Shown piece after piece: positions 1 to 9,832 of a stretch of 63,360 nt of DNA (the stretch's first letter is position 1; each line of letters begins with the position of its first letter). A model generated the notes under the pieces. That model worked only from the letters and a program-made list of their open reading frames with translations. It ran no database searches and was not told where the DNA came from. The DNA comes from Dehalococcoidia bacterium (GTDB taxonomy: Bacteria; Chloroflexota; Dehalococcoidia; Lucifugimonadales; UBA1127): assembly GCA_029936935.1 (NCBI GenBank), contig JAPYRQ010000001.1, positions 22,970 through 86,329 of the forward strand, read 5' to 3'. A program made the translations under genes and the position numbers.

Positions 1-2
1 AC

Positions 3-1592
3 ATAAAGCAACAGGACGGCCTCGACCGCATGGTACGCATCGCGGAGAGGGTCTCCGACCTGGTCTTGGAGTTTGGTGGTTCGTTGAGTGGCGAGCACGG
101 CGACGGCATCGTCCGGGGCGTATTCACAGAGAAGATGTTCGGCTCCAAACTCTACGCATCGTTCCGGGAGTTCAAGCACGTCTTTGACCCCAAGGGCATT
201 ATGAACCCTGGCAAGATTATCGATTGCCCACCGCTGGTGGAAAACCTGCGCTTCGATCCTCAGTGGAAGTCCTTTGAACTGGAAACCTACTTCGATTTCT
301 CCAAGGACGGCGGCATCGCAGAGCACGTGGAGATGTGCAACGGTCAGGGCGCATGCAGGCAGGTCTTCGGCGGGACGATGTGCCCATCGTTCATGGCGAC
401 GCGTGACGAAGAGAACACCACTCGCGGTAGAGCGAACGCGCTTCGCAACGTCTTCTCCGGCGTGGTGCCTCAGGAGGAACTGACCGGCGAGCGACTCCAT
501 GAAGTGCTGGAGATGTGCCTGGCGTGCAAGGGCTGCAAGATAGAGTGCCCGTCCAGCGTGGACATGGCCAAACTGAAGTACGAGGTGCTGGGCCACTACC
601 ACAAGAAGCACGGGTACTCGCTGCGAGACAGGCTCTTTGCCAAGGTCTATAAGCTCAACCCCATCGGCAACAGGCTTGCCCCCGTGCTGAACCTTGCGAT
701 GATGCTACCAGGCAGAGGGATTGCGCAAAGCCTTATCGGCATCCATCCCAAGCGAACGATGCCGAAGTTTGCCACCCAGACCTTCTCAAGCTGGTTCAAG
801 AAGCACCAACGCGAAGTGTCTCGCGGAGCGGGGGACACGTCAGATATGTCTCGCGGAGCGGGCACGCGAGGGCGGGTGCTCCTATTCAATGACACCTTCA
901 TGGAAGGGAACCACCCGGAAGTGGGTATCGCGGCCACCAAGGTGCTGGAAAAGCTGGGCTTCAGCGTAGAAACCGCGCCTCGCTGGTGTTGCGGTCGCAC
1001 CATGATGTCCAAGGGCATGATGGACCCGGTGAAGGAGAACGCCCGCAACAACGTGGACCTCTTTTACCCCTACGCCCAGGCAGGAATTCCCATCATTGGG
1101 ACCGAGCCGTCGTGTCTGCTGACTCTGCGCGACGAGTACCCAGATCTCCTGCCCGGCGACTCGAAGGCATCGACGGTTGCCAGTCAGGCGTTCCTGCTCG
1201 ACGAGTTCCTGGCCAAACTGGCGAAAGATGGTGACCTTGAGCTTGACCTGCAGCCCCACGATGGCAAGGTCATCTTCCACGGTCACTGCCACCAGAAGGC
1301 GATCTCGGGCGTTGACGCGTCCATAGCTGCGCTGAAACTGGTACCCGGCGTGCAGGTGGAGACACCGGACACGGGATGCTGCGGCATGGCGGGGGCCTTT
1401 GGGTTTGAGAAGGAGCACTACGATGTCTCCATGACCATTGGCGAGCGCGTGCTGTTCCCGGCGGTGCGCAACAACCCCGATGCGACTATCGTGACGACAG
1501 GCGTGTCCTGCCATCAGCAGGTGGAGGACGGCACCGGCGTCACGACCATGCACCTGGCCGAGTTCCTGGCCCAGCAGTTGGGGGACGAGTAA
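3..1592 (+). CDS. FAD-linked oxidase C-terminal / 4Fe-4S / CCG-domain fusion protein (GlcD-GlcF-like), 5'-truncated by the window edge
   Basis: The frame is open from position 3, with no stop upstream of the listed M at 30. It carries the GEHGDGIVRG FAD-oxidase C-terminal motif, the ferredoxin-type cluster motif CLACKGCKIECPS, and two CCG motifs (WCCGRT, GCCGMAG). Confidence 0.8.
   Translation: MKQQDGLDRMVRIAERVSDLVLEFGGSLSGEHGDGIVRGVFTEKMFGSKLYASFREFKHVFDPKGIMNPGKIIDCPPLVENLRFDPQWKSFELETYFDFSKDGGIAEHVEMCNGQGACRQVFGGTMCPSFMATRDEENTTRGRANALRNVFSGVVPQEELTGERLHEVLEMCLACKGCKIECPSSVDMAKLKYEVLGHYHKKHGYSLRDRLFAKVYKLNPIGNRLAPVLNLAMMLPGRGIAQSLIGIHPKRTMPKFATQTFSSWFKKHQREVSRGAGDTSDMSRGAGTRGRVLLFNDTFMEGNHPEVGIAATKVLEKLGFSVETAPRWCCGRTMMSKGMMDPVKENARNNVDLFYPYAQAGIPIIGTEPSCLLTLRDEYPDLLPGDSKASTVASQAFLLDEFLAKLAKDGDLELDLQPHDGKVIFHGHCHQKAISGVDASIAALKLVPGVQVETPDTGCCGMAGAFGFEKEHYDVSMTIGERVLFPAVRNNPDATIVTTGVSCHQQVEDGTGVTTMHLAEFLAQQLGDE
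817..862 (+). repeat. 30-nt (10-codon) tandem duplication inside the FAD/FeS gene linker
   Basis: The identical 16-mer tgtctcgcggagcggg occurs at 817-832 and 847-862. It encodes VSRGAGDTSD/MSRGAGTRGR. Confidence 0.6.
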
Positions 1593-1595
1593 CTT

Positions 1596-2180
1596 ATGAG
1601 TACCGAACCCCACGACGAGCAAACAGAGGCGATGGCCCAGCTTGAGACCATGATGGATGAGCTGACCAAAGCCATCGAGGCGAACCCCGATGACGCAGAG
1701 GCCTATCACCGTCGAGGTGTGGCGTACGGCCAAATGGTGGAGCCGCAAGAGGCTCTTCGCGATTTCACTCAGGTCATCCGGCTGCGCCCGGAAGACGCTG
1801 AGGCCCACTACAACCGTGGTATGGCCCACACAAGTCTCCATCAACCCTTGCAGGCCATCGACGACTATACGGAGACGGTACGCCTGAATCCGAAGCACCT
1901 GGACGCGTACAACAACCGCGCCGCTTCATACATCGAGCTTCGGCAACCTGAGCAGGCGATGCCCGACCTTGAGCACGCCCTGAGCATCGACGCGAACTCG
2001 GCGTCGGCGTACGCGCTACGAGCGATGGCCAACGCGCTGCTGGGCGATGAAGACCAAACCACCAAGGACTCTGAACGCGCATCCTCGCTGGGATTCGATA
2101 CCGCAGCACTGGAGTATCTTGTCATGCGGTCGAAGCAGCAGGGTACACCGAATATCGGCGAAAACGGCTCACGGAACTAA
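1596..2180 (+). CDS. TPR repeat protein
   Basis: Four to five tandem ~34-aa repeats show the TPR pattern (AEAYHRRGVAY, AEAHYNRGMAH, LDAYNNRAASY, ASAYALRAMAN). The start lies 4 nt after the upstream stop. Confidence 0.75.
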   Translation: MSTEPHDEQTEAMAQLETMMDELTKAIEANPDDAEAYHRRGVAYGQMVEPQEALRDFTQVIRLRPEDAEAHYNRGMAHTSLHQPLQAIDDYTETVRLNPKHLDAYNNRAASYIELRQPEQAMPDLEHALSIDANSASAYALRAMANALLGDEDQTTKDSERASSLGFDTAALEYLVMRSKQQGTPNIGENGSRN

Positions 2181-2208
2181 GATTACATAACAATTAAGGA
2201 GCATCGAC

Positions 2209-3105
2209 ATGGCGAAGAGTACCAATGCAGTCCGATTCGGCGTCAATCCCCGGGGAATGTCTTACGAGCAGGTACTGTCAGTGGCCAAGACGGCTGAGGC
2301 CGCAGGCTTTGGGGTCATTTCCTTCAGTGATAGGCCGCCGGAACCAAGCCTGGAGGGTTGGACCTTTGCCACGGCTATTGCGGTGCAGACCAAGAAGATT
2401 GCCGTGACTCACTCCACGTTGAACATCCCCCTCAGGAACCCCGCGTTGCTGGCCAAGATGGCTTCCAGCCTGGACGTTATGACCGGGGGCGGTAGGGTCA
2501 TCATGACGATTGGCGCAGGCGGGCAGGAAGCTCATTACACCGCCATCGGCACGCCCTTCGGCACTGCTGGCGAGCGCGTGACCGACCTTGAGGACGCCAT
2601 CGCCATCATGCGAGGTCTGTGGGCCAACGAGACGTTCACGTACGAAGGCAGACAGTTCAGCGTCACCGAGGCCTCATCGCCGCCCAAGCCCCTTGGGACG
2701 ATACCGTTCATCATCGGCGCCGGTGGTGCCCGAATGCTCAAGTACACCGGTGAGAAAGCTGATGGCTGGATCAAGAACGGCGGCTGGCCTGAGACACATG
2801 AGCAGTATCTTGGGCTTCTGGGCCAAGTGGAGGCGGCAGCTGAGGAGGCAGGCCGGGATCCGCGTACCCTCAGGCGTGTGCTGAACGGCACGGGCTACAT
2901 CGGCGACAAAGACCCGAACGACGTCATCCCTGAGACGATGGGTAGGCGTGGCGGACTGATGGGCAATGCCGACAAGATTCTGGGGATCATCGACGAGTAC
3001 GTGGAGTTGGGTGTGGACACGTTCCAGCTTCAGTTCCCCGCCGACAACTGGGAAGAGCAGATGAAGCAGTTTGGCGAAGAGGTTATTGCCAAAGTTAAGC
3101 GGTAA
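2209..3105 (+). CDS. LLM-class (luciferase-like) flavin/F420-dependent oxidoreductase
   Basis: RBS aaggag lies upstream. The TIM-barrel LLM family pattern is present (FGV...FSDR..., MTIGAGG, IIGAGGARML). The length is ~300 aa. Confidence 0.75.
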   Translation: MAKSTNAVRFGVNPRGMSYEQVLSVAKTAEAAGFGVISFSDRPPEPSLEGWTFATAIAVQTKKIAVTHSTLNIPLRNPALLAKMASSLDVMTGGGRVIMTIGAGGQEAHYTAIGTPFGTAGERVTDLEDAIAIMRGLWANETFTYEGRQFSVTEASSPPKPLGTIPFIIGAGGARMLKYTGEKADGWIKNGGWPETHEQYLGLLGQVEAAAEEAGRDPRTLRRVLNGTGYIGDKDPNDVIPETMGRRGGLMGNADKILGIIDEYVELGVDTFQLQFPADNWEEQMKQFGEEVIAKVKR

Positions 3106-3134
3106 GCACCACCACTAATCAGCAACGTTGAGGG

Positions 3135-3656
3135 CTACAGAGGGTTTCCTTCAAGGAACCGACCCTGGTAGCCCTCTGTTGCTGGCTGCTCCAATCGCAG
3201 AAACACCAGTTGCATCACACGGGCGTTCTTTGCCACAGTGAAACCACCCTGGTGATAGACCACCATGAGCGCCTGGTACCGACCCCGGTATCCAGCATCG
3301 CCAACAGCTCCATGGACGGCCACGCCCGACCGTAACAGGCTGGACCGCGACTGCCCCAACGTCATGATGTCCAGGGGCAGGTTCACAGTCTCATTAAAGG
3401 TCACTCTGTAAGCCCCGGGCTCAAGTCGAAGCATGCCGTCCGCCGCAAAGGAGAGGGGTGTGGCCTCTGCAAGGAACCGCTGGGCGTTGGTCTCCCCAAG
3501 AATACCCGGCTCACTGAAAGCAGCCACCTCTGCCAACGTCAAATCGAACCCGTTGGGCTGGAGTTGAACAGCCAGGTCTGGATACCCCTCTATCAAGGGC
3601 GGGTTCGATTCCAGCATCTCAGCAATGCTGTTTCTATCCAGACCTGCGCTTGTCAT
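3135..3656 (-). CDS. dCTP deaminase/dUTPase-superfamily protein (archaeal-type dUTP diphosphatase-like)
   Basis: The GAVGDAGYRGRYQALM segment matches the G-x-D-x-GY/F-x-G trimeric dUTPase/dCTP deaminase motif. The length is 173 aa. Confidence 0.7.
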   Translation of the reverse strand: MTSAGLDRNSIAEMLESNPPLIEGYPDLAVQLQPNGFDLTLAEVAAFSEPGILGETNAQRFLAEATPLSFAADGMLRLEPGAYRVTFNETVNLPLDIMTLGQSRSSLLRSGVAVHGAVGDAGYRGRYQALMVVYHQGGFTVAKNARVMQLVFLRLEQPATEGYQGRFLEGNPL

Positions 3657-3803
3657 AGCATGACCACCTTTGGCTTAGTAATAGAGTTGGCCGTCACGTG
3701 AGCCGTCATTTTACGACAATGCGAAGACAAGGCGATTACAGCACATCGAGGCATAGGGGTTCAAGGAGAACCAGAGCGAATTCCAACGGATATCGTGGAG
3801 GGG

Positions 3804-4697
3804 CTAGGGGCGACTCGATTCCGCTTCTTCAAGGGCCTTCATCGCCAGGATCGCCCGGAGGAAGAGCTCCTGAGACCTGTGGAACGATTCTTCCATCCGC
3901 GCACGCCGGTTTGTCTGGGCTTGCCGCGCCAGACGCTCCTCCATCTCCTGGAAATTCTGATACTGTCTAAGGAATCGCTCCTGCATCACGTAGCGCTCTC
4001 TTGAACTCTTGTTCTCCGTGATGGTGATGAGTCCAGACGCAGGGTCAAGGGTCACACGAATCTGCGGGGTGGCAGGCGCTGTGAAATTGCTTGTGGCGGG
4101 CACGGGAGTGGGCAGGACACCGCCCATGAGCACAACTGCGCGGCGTGTGTGGTTCTCCATACGCACCGCAGTCCTCTCCATCACATCCTGGCCCTTGCCG
4201 CGGGCCGCCAGCTTCTCAATCTCTTGGGTGCGCTCCTGGGCGAACTTGGCATGGAGTTCAGCCTTGCCCCGGTCTGAGAAGGACACCACCAGGCGGAACC
4301 GCTCTTGGGCTTTCTTCACCGGGTAAAGGACCTCGTCCGGGACGCTCCCTGCCGCCGCTGAGGTGGTGGTCCAGCCGCCGAACGCCAACACCATGACAGC
4401 GATCATCGCGATTGCCCAGGACTTCGCCAGAGGACGGAAGACACGCCATCGGGGATTACTGCGTTTGGCCTGTTTAGTAGCCCAGGCATCTGTGATGCGA
4501 CCGAGCCCAAGGCACTGTGCTTCTGCAGACGTCTCGATTGCATCGCCAACCTGTTTGGTCTGCATGGCGAGTCGCAGCAAAGGCTCCAACTCGGCCGCAG
4601 CCTCAGGGAATCGCTCAAGACACGCCTCTATAGTGCTTCCTTGCTCAAGAAGCTCCAGGCAGGTGTTCAGTGCGTCTACGTCTTGTTTGTCGCTCAT
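3804..4697 (-). CDS. Putative anti-sigma factor / DUF5667-like single-pass membrane protein
   Basis: It overlaps the upstream ECF sigma gene by 4 nt. It has one TM helix (WAIAMIAVMVLAFGGW) and an N-terminal helical segment typical of anti-sigma partners. Confidence 0.55.
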   Translation of the reverse strand: MSDKQDVDALNTCLELLEQGSTIEACLERFPEAAAELEPLLRLAMQTKQVGDAIETSAEAQCLGLGRITDAWATKQAKRSNPRWRVFRPLAKSWAIAMIAVMVLAFGGWTTTSAAAGSVPDEVLYPVKKAQERFRLVVSFSDRGKAELHAKFAQERTQEIEKLAARGKGQDVMERTAVRMENHTRRAVVLMGGVLPTPVPATSNFTAPATPQIRVTLDPASGLITITENKSSRERYVMQERFLRQYQNFQEMEERLARQAQTNRRARMEESFHRSQELFLRAILAMKALEEAESSRP

Positions 4698-5323
4698 TGT
4701 TGCCTCGCTGCGGACTCCGATACTATTGGAAACATGATCCTGCGTAGTGCCCCCAACGCCGAGTGTTGAAGGGCTTTGATGGCGTTCTCTTTGCGATTCA
4801 TGGCCACGGCTGTTTCCGCTAATGACAACCCTGCTATGAATCGCAATAACACCACCTGTCGCTGAAGCTCGGAGACCTTGTCCAATGCCTCCCGTAACAC
4901 CTCAACATCCAGGGCCTGAAGCGCCTGCTCCTCCACGTTCTGAGAATCTGGGAGGGCTAATGCCTCATCGAGAGGGATCGGCGGGCCGGACGTGCTCTTT
5001 GTGTGCCGTACCCTATCCACGACCAGGTTGTGGGCGATCCTGAACAACCAGGCGGAGAATGGTGGCCCCCTGAACTGGAACTTATCCAGCGAGTTCATCG
5101 CTTTCAAGAACACCTCTTGCGCCATGTCCTCGGCCTCTGGTCCGTGCCCTATCCGCGCGGCAACGTATCGATACACCTTTGGGAAGAAGGATTCATAAAT
5201 GCTCCCAAAAGCCGATAAGTTGCCCTCCTGGGCCGACCGAACCAGTGGCTCGATGTCTTCTTGCACATGGCCTCCGCGAAGGATGTTCTGAGAGCCGTCG
5301 ATGGTTATCGCTGCCCTGTGCAC
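4694..5323 (-). CDS. ECF-type RNA polymerase sigma-70 family factor
   Basis: Region 2 (DMAQEVFLKA, FSAWLFRIAHNLVVDRVR) and a region 4 HTH (LSLAETAVAMNRKENAIKALQHSAL) are present. An alternative start is GTG 5266, preceded by ggagg 5271-5275. Confidence 0.85.
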   Translation of the reverse strand: MHRAAITIDGSQNILRGGHVQEDIEPLVRSAQEGNLSAFGSIYESFFPKVYRYVAARIGHGPEAEDMAQEVFLKAMNSLDKFQFRGPPFSAWLFRIAHNLVVDRVRHTKSTSGPPIPLDEALALPDSQNVEEQALQALDVEVLREALDKVSELQRQVVLLRFIAGLSLAETAVAMNRKENAIKALQHSALGALRRIMFPIVSESAARQQ

Positions 5324-5443
5324 AATACTATAACGGTTGAGGTGGTCAAAAGGTGAGCAGTGAAATACACCAATTTTGAGGGCAGTTTATCCTGGCTCTT
5401 TTCTCGTGGTAAAATTGAGTGCCAGATTCTATAAGGACAACCT

Positions 5444-6172
5444 ATGAGCGCCGTGGAACAAGAGCCACAACAAACTGAATATATGCCCTACTCGCTCCGG
5501 CCAATGTTGCCGGACGATACAAAGGCTGTTGCGGAAATAGAGATGGAGGCTTTTCCAACCACCTGGCCTCCCACACCCTTTCGCAAAGAGCTCAGCAATC
5601 GGCTGGCCCGGTACCTTGTGTCCTACGTCCCCACGGAAGACGCTGACCTGCCGGAGGCCCCTGAATCCGTTGTTGACATAAGCAAACCCGACTCCCTCCT
5701 GAAGCGAATGTTGCAGGGGGTGTGGCCGAGGATAGGCCTGGGGTCTAGGCGCGTTGATTACCAGGACCTGCGGCTTGATTTCATTCCCGGATTTGTGGGC
5801 ATGTGGTTCATGGCTGACGAGGCGCACATCACCGCAATCGCTGTGCTGGAGACGCATCAACGCAGGGGCATCGGTGAACTCCTGCTCATCGGGTGCATAG
5901 AGCTCGCTATCCTCCGCAATGCCGATGTGGTGACGCTTGAGGTCAGAGTCAGCAACACCCTGGCACAGGGTCTCTACAAGAAGTATGGATTTGAGATTGT
6001 GGGCTCCAGGAAGAAGTACTACACCGATAACAAAGAAGACGCTCTTATCATGACCACCGGGAAGATCCAGGAGGCCGAGTATCAGCGCGAGCTCCACAAG
6101 AAGATAGCGCTGCACGAAGTCCGCTGGGGATTCTCTGAGCGAGTCCTGACAACACCCACCTCTGGAGCCTGA
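5444..6172 (+). CDS. rimI: GNAT N-acetyltransferase, RimI-like (ribosomal-protein-alanine acetyltransferase) with internal insertion
   Basis: The acetyl-CoA motif QRRGIGELLL is present, with the GLYKKYGF tail. RBS aagga lies 6 nt upstream. Confidence 0.7.
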   Translation: MSAVEQEPQQTEYMPYSLRPMLPDDTKAVAEIEMEAFPTTWPPTPFRKELSNRLARYLVSYVPTEDADLPEAPESVVDISKPDSLLKRMLQGVWPRIGLGSRRVDYQDLRLDFIPGFVGMWFMADEAHITAIAVLETHQRRGIGELLLIGCIELAILRNADVVTLEVRVSNTLAQGLYKKYGFEIVGSRKKYYTDNKEDALIMTTGKIQEAEYQRELHKKIALHEVRWGFSERVLTTPTSGA

Positions 6173-6318
6173 CAACCATGTCACATTGATGTCTCAAGGA
6201 TAAAAGAGTCGTCACAACAGTTAGCAGACTCCAACATCAACGGTCTATGAGAGAGTTCCGCCCCGTGGTTACCGGCTAAAAGTTGATATGAAGATATCAA
6301 ATTTTGTACGCCTCACGC

Positions 6319-6348
6319 TTGACAACGCGGGGTACAGGTGGCTATCAT
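6319..6348 (+). promoter_or_regulatory. Sigma-70-like promoter candidate (TTGACA-N18-TATCAT) for yceD-rpmF
   Basis: TTGACA lies at 6319-6324 and TATCAT at 6343-6348. If real, it excludes the ORF-track start at 6338. Confidence 0.4.
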
Positions 6349-6370
6349 ACGTTTGGTGTGTCGGCGAATG

Positions 6371-6913
6371 GAAGGACATATGGAGTACAACGTCGCACAA
6401 ATGCTGCAGGAACCAATGGGTTCCGTACGGCAATACCAAGTCCAGGAGACATCTATCACCCTGGATGAAGTAGAAGTGAATCGTCTGGAGGGATGGCTGA
6501 AGTTTACCCGAACAGACATAGGAATCTGGGTCAAGGGACGTCTCAAAGCAGAAATCTCAGCCCAGTGTAGCCGATGCCTGAGGGATTTTAACTCTCCCTT
6601 GAACACAGAAATAGACGAAGAATTTTACCCTGCCGTGGAATTAAAAACCGAAACGGCATTAGCCGAGTCGGTCATGGAAGAAGAATCTTTCAAAATAAGC
6701 CCAACGAATGTGCTAGATATAAGAGAAGCCTTCAGGCAGAACATTGTTTCCCGGATGCCAATGAAGTTTCTCTGCAAGCAGGATTGCGCGGGTATCTGTC
6801 CAGATTGCGGAGTTGATCGCAACGAAGCCGAGTGTCACTGCGATATTAGGACAGTAGATCCCCGGTGGGAACGTTTGTTAGAACTTCTTCCGTCCACGGG
6901 TGAAGGGTCCTAA
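6371..6913 (+). CDS. yceD: YceD/DUF177 family protein (23S rRNA accumulation protein)
   Basis: It sits immediately upstream of rpmF, which is conserved synteny. The C-terminal Cys cluster DCAGICPDCGVDRNEAECHC is present. The start is uncertain (6338, 6371 or 6383). Confidence 0.75.
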   Translation, partial: EGHMEYNVAQMLQEPMGSVRQYQVQETSITLDEVEVNRLEGWLKFTRTDIGIWVKGRLKAEISAQCSRCLRDFNSPLNTEIDEEFYPAVELKTETALAESVMEEESFKISPTNVLDIREAFRQNIVSRMPMKFLCKQDCAGICPDCGVDRNEAECHCDIRTVDPRWERLLELLPSTGEGS

Positions 6914-6928
6914 GAAGGGGCCAATACA

Positions 6929-7126
6929 GTGGGCGCACAACCTAAAAAACAACTTTCCAAGTCCAAGCAACGATCCCGAGCTTCTCATTTTGTAATGAGT
7001 GGGCGTGGGATTTCTTATTGTTCCCACTGTCACAGCTCCAAACTTCCACATCGCATTTGCCCGACTTGTGGGTATTACAAGGACCGGGAAGTTATTTCTG
7101 TGCCAATCAGTCAGGAGAGAGGCTAA
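6929..7126 (+). CDS. rpmF: 50S ribosomal protein L32
   Basis: GTG start. The basic N-terminus KKQLSKSKQRSRASH and the zinc ribbon CSHC...CPTCGYY are present. Confidence 0.9.
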   Translation: MGAQPKKQLSKSKQRSRASHFVMSGRGISYCSHCHSSKLPHRICPTCGYYKDREVISVPISQERG

Positions 7127-7210
7127 GCCTTTCCTGCCACCTCCTTCAGCCACCTTATCAAAGTGAATATATGGACCAATTAGGTTCATAGCTGGAAGCA
7201 GGAGTTTCTG

Positions 7211-8167
7211 ATGAAGAATTCCATCTTGGGTGACGTCACATCCCCAAGGGTTGCATACGTGTTTCCCGGCCAGGGTTCCCAACACGTTGGAATGGGAAAA
7301 GATCTCTATGAACAGTCCCCCGTTGCACGCCAAGTCTTTGACGAGGCAGATAAAGCTCTAGGCATGCCTTTGACTCAGTTGATGTTTGAAGGCCCGGTTG
7401 AAGAGCTGAATCTCACTATCAATGCCCAACCAGCCATCCTTACAGCTAGTCTGGCCTGTCTCACGGCAGCGCAAGAGACTGTGGGATCGGAATTCATGCC
7501 TCAACCCAACTTTGCCGCAGGGCATAGCTTGGGTGAATACACGGCCCTAGCTGCTACCGGCGTATTAAGCGTCCCAGACGCTGTACGCCTGGTACAGGAG
7601 CGGAGCCGTTTGATGCATGAGACGTCACAAAAACAACAAGGCGGTATGGCGGCTGTCCTGGGCCTGGATGAGTTGACCATTGAAGAGATATGCAGAGAGA
7701 CCGGTGCCTATATCTCTAACGTCAACGCTGAAGACCAGGTAGTCATTGCCGGCGATAAAATAACGCTTGCGAGAGCCATGGACCTGGCCAGCGCACGCGG
7801 AGCCAGGCGTCTCATTACCCTTCAAGTCAGCGGAGCATTCCACACAGACCTTATGAAACCATCTGTTGAAGGCATGCGACGGGCAATGGATGAAGCAGAG
7901 TTCAATGCGCCCAGCGTACCTATCATTGGTAACTGCGGCGCCAACCCCATTACCACTGGTGACGAGATCAAGGAAGAACTTCTGCATCAAATGTGCAACT
8001 GCGTCCAGTGGAGGCGGTCCATGTCTTACCTCTGGGATGCCGGCGTTACGCAGTTCTATGAAATTGGCCCTGGAAAAGTTCTCTCCGGTTTGATCCGTAG
8101 GATCTGCCCAGATGCACAGGTCACGGCTGTCAACGATGTGAAAAGCCTGCAATCTCTCGTAAGGTGA
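7211..8167 (+). CDS. fabD: Malonyl-CoA:ACP transacylase
   Basis: The FPGQGSQ and GHSLGEY active-site motifs are present. Confidence 0.9.
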   Translation: MKNSILGDVTSPRVAYVFPGQGSQHVGMGKDLYEQSPVARQVFDEADKALGMPLTQLMFEGPVEELNLTINAQPAILTASLACLTAAQETVGSEFMPQPNFAAGHSLGEYTALAATGVLSVPDAVRLVQERSRLMHETSQKQQGGMAAVLGLDELTIEEICRETGAYISNVNAEDQVVIAGDKITLARAMDLASARGARRLITLQVSGAFHTDLMKPSVEGMRRAMDEAEFNAPSVPIIGNCGANPITTGDEIKEELLHQMCNCVQWRRSMSYLWDAGVTQFYEIGPGKVLSGLIRRICPDAQVTAVNDVKSLQSLVR

Positions 8168-8658
8168 ATGTAGTGACGTCACAACAGGCGGCAGTTGAAA
8201 CAATAGCGTGCGATTCCCCCGATGACGAAGAGGATTGGAGTTCAGCGAAACTCCCTCCACGTCGGCGGGCACGAGCCCTCGCACTCCAGGCGCTCTTTGA
8301 GTTGGATGCCACTGAGCATCGATTAGAAGATGTGCTTCAAGCTCTCCTAGATGACAGTGACCTGACCGCCTCCGGCGAAGAATTTGCCAGGGATTTGGTG
8401 ACCGCTGTAGTCCAGGAACATGAACCCCTAGACGTTAAGATTCAGGAGTATGCAACCGCCTGGCCAGTGAACCAGTTGTCATTGGTTGATAGGAGCCTAC
8501 TGCGCCTGGCTGTGTACGAACTGACCATAGGAAAGACCGCCTCAGCAAAGGTTGTGATTAACGAAGCGGTGGAACTGGCCAAACTGTTTGGTGGAGAGAG
8601 TTCCCCCAGGTTCATCAATGGAGTATTGGGCTCCCTACAAGATACGATTAAGGCATGA
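8164..8658 (+). CDS. nusB: Transcription antitermination factor NusB (with ~30-aa acidic N-terminal extension)
   Basis: The [16 protein letters not shown] signature and the [10 protein letters not shown] helix are present. The GTG start overlaps the fabD stop (GTGA). Confidence 0.85.
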   Translation: MNVVTSQQAAVETIACDSPDDEEDWSSAKLPPRRRARALALQALFELDATEHRLEDVLQALLDDSDLTASGEEFARDLVTAVVQEHEPLDVKIQEYATAWPVNQLSLVDRSLLRLAVYELTIGKTASAKVVINEAVELAKLFGGESSPRFINGVLGSLQDTIKA

Positions 8659-8691
8659 CCAAAATGGGTAAGGAACGAGGAGGACTACGCA

Positions 8692-8952
8692 ATGGCTAGT
8701 GTTCATGAACGGGTTAAAGGACTGGTGGCGGAACGACTTGGTGTGGATGATGACAAGGTGACTCCGGAAGCTTCATTCACAGAAGACCTCAACGCCGATT
8801 CACTGGATCTGGTTGAGTTGATTATGGCATTTGAAGAAGAGTTCTCAGACGATGATAACTCCCTTGAGATCTCCGACGAAGATGCTGAGCAGATCCGTAC
8901 AGTTCAGAACGCGGTGGACTTCTTGAAGTCTAAAGGCTCACAAGACAGCTAA
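8692..8952 (+). CDS. acpP: Acyl carrier protein
   Basis: The phosphopantetheine site is [19 protein letters not shown] gaggagg lies upstream. Confidence 0.9.
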   Translation: MASVHERVKGLVAERLGVDDDKVTPEASFTEDLNADSLDLVELIMAFEEEFSDDDNSLEISDEDAEQIRTVQNAVDFLKSKGSQDS

Positions 8953-8988
8953 ACTGCAGCCTGTTGCGTTTCTCGCTTTTTGTCGATT

Positions 8989-9034
8989 AAAAGACCAGCA
9001 TCCCTGGCCACGTGTGGGGTGCTGGTCTTTTCTT
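8989..9034 (+). terminator. Rho-independent terminator after acpP
   Basis: A 12-bp stem (aaaagaccagca 8989-9000 / tgctggtctttt 9020-9031) runs into a T-rich tail. Confidence 0.7.
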
Positions 9035-9139
9035 ATGTGCCGACTCGGATACTCTGCTTCGTTGTCCGCCCTATAGCTGCATGATATGATACCCACCGTT
9101 CTCAGGCTCTGTATTCCATCTCTGTGAGGTTCTTCTTTA

Positions 9140-9823
9140 GTGAGTAGCAGCATGGTAGCTCCCTGGAAGCTTGGTGACGCCCTCAGAGGCGTTGCTGTTG
9201 TGGTGCTTGGCGGAGCAGGAGTGCTGGTGCTCGCCGTGATTCTTGATGTGGTTGGACTTACCAGCGGTGCCGGAGCATCACTATTGGCCGGTGCGATGTT
9301 AGAAGGCCTGATGCTGCTAGCCGCATGGTTCTTCAGCGTCAGGCGCTATCGATGCTCCTTTGAGACTCTAGGGTTTCGGAGTGCCAAGGGGTACAACTTT
9401 TGGGTCATCTCCATAATCGCCCTAGTCGCTAGCCTGTTCGTTGGCGGGATATATGTGGTGATCGTGGATGGCCTCGGCGTGGCAATTCTGGAGCCGCCGG
9501 ACCTCTCGGACAGGTTCGAGAAACCTCAGGGGTTGAGCCGATTGGCGCTGGCGTTCGTTGTTATTGTCATGGCACCCATCGCGGAGGAGACGTTTTTCAG
9601 GGGGTTCTTGCTCCAAGGTCTGACTCCCTGGGCAGGCCCCATTGGAGCCGCGATTGCCTCTTCGGTACTTTTCTCGCTGAGCCACGGGTCCATAGGGATG
9701 CTGATACCGGTGTTCCTATCAGGCATGATCCTCGCGGGGACGTTTATGAAAACTAAATCGCTGACTCCGGGCATTTTCGCGCACAGCATGCAAAATTCTC
9801 TAGCATTTACGATAGCGTTCTAA
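9140..9823 (+). CDS. CPBP family intramembrane glutamic endopeptidase (CAAX protease-like)
   Basis: The EETFFRGFL and FSLSHG motifs are present, and the protein has multiple TM helices. Confidence 0.8.
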   Translation: MSSSMVAPWKLGDALRGVAVVVLGGAGVLVLAVILDVVGLTSGAGASLLAGAMLEGLMLLAAWFFSVRRYRCSFETLGFRSAKGYNFWVISIIALVASLFVGGIYVVIVDGLGVAILEPPDLSDRFEKPQGLSRLALAFVVIVMAPIAEETFFRGFLLQGLTPWAGPIGAAIASSVLFSLSHGSIGMLIPVFLSGMILAGTFMKTKSLTPGIFAHSMQNSLAFTIAF

Positions 9824-9832
9824 GGTGGAATT

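Noticed and set aside
882-1898. 338-aa ORF on the minus strand
   Set aside because: It is antisense to two well-supported genes, the FAD/FeS oxidoreductase and the TPR protein. Its Arg/His/Gly/Leu-rich composition is typical of shadow ORFs in GC-rich DNA, and it has no motif.
5429-6184. 251-aa minus-strand ORF exactly mirroring rimI
   Set aside because: The plus-strand frame carries the GNAT acetyl-CoA motif QRRGIGELLL and a good RBS. The antisense frame has no recognisable features.
8656-8694. The nusB TGA stop is in frame with acpP, with no further stop across 11 codons, so it could be a read-through or Sec candidate
   Set aside because: NusB and ACP are each complete at their normal lengths. 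acpP has its own strong RBS (gaggagg). No hairpin follows the TGA, and the shared frame is plausibly chance.
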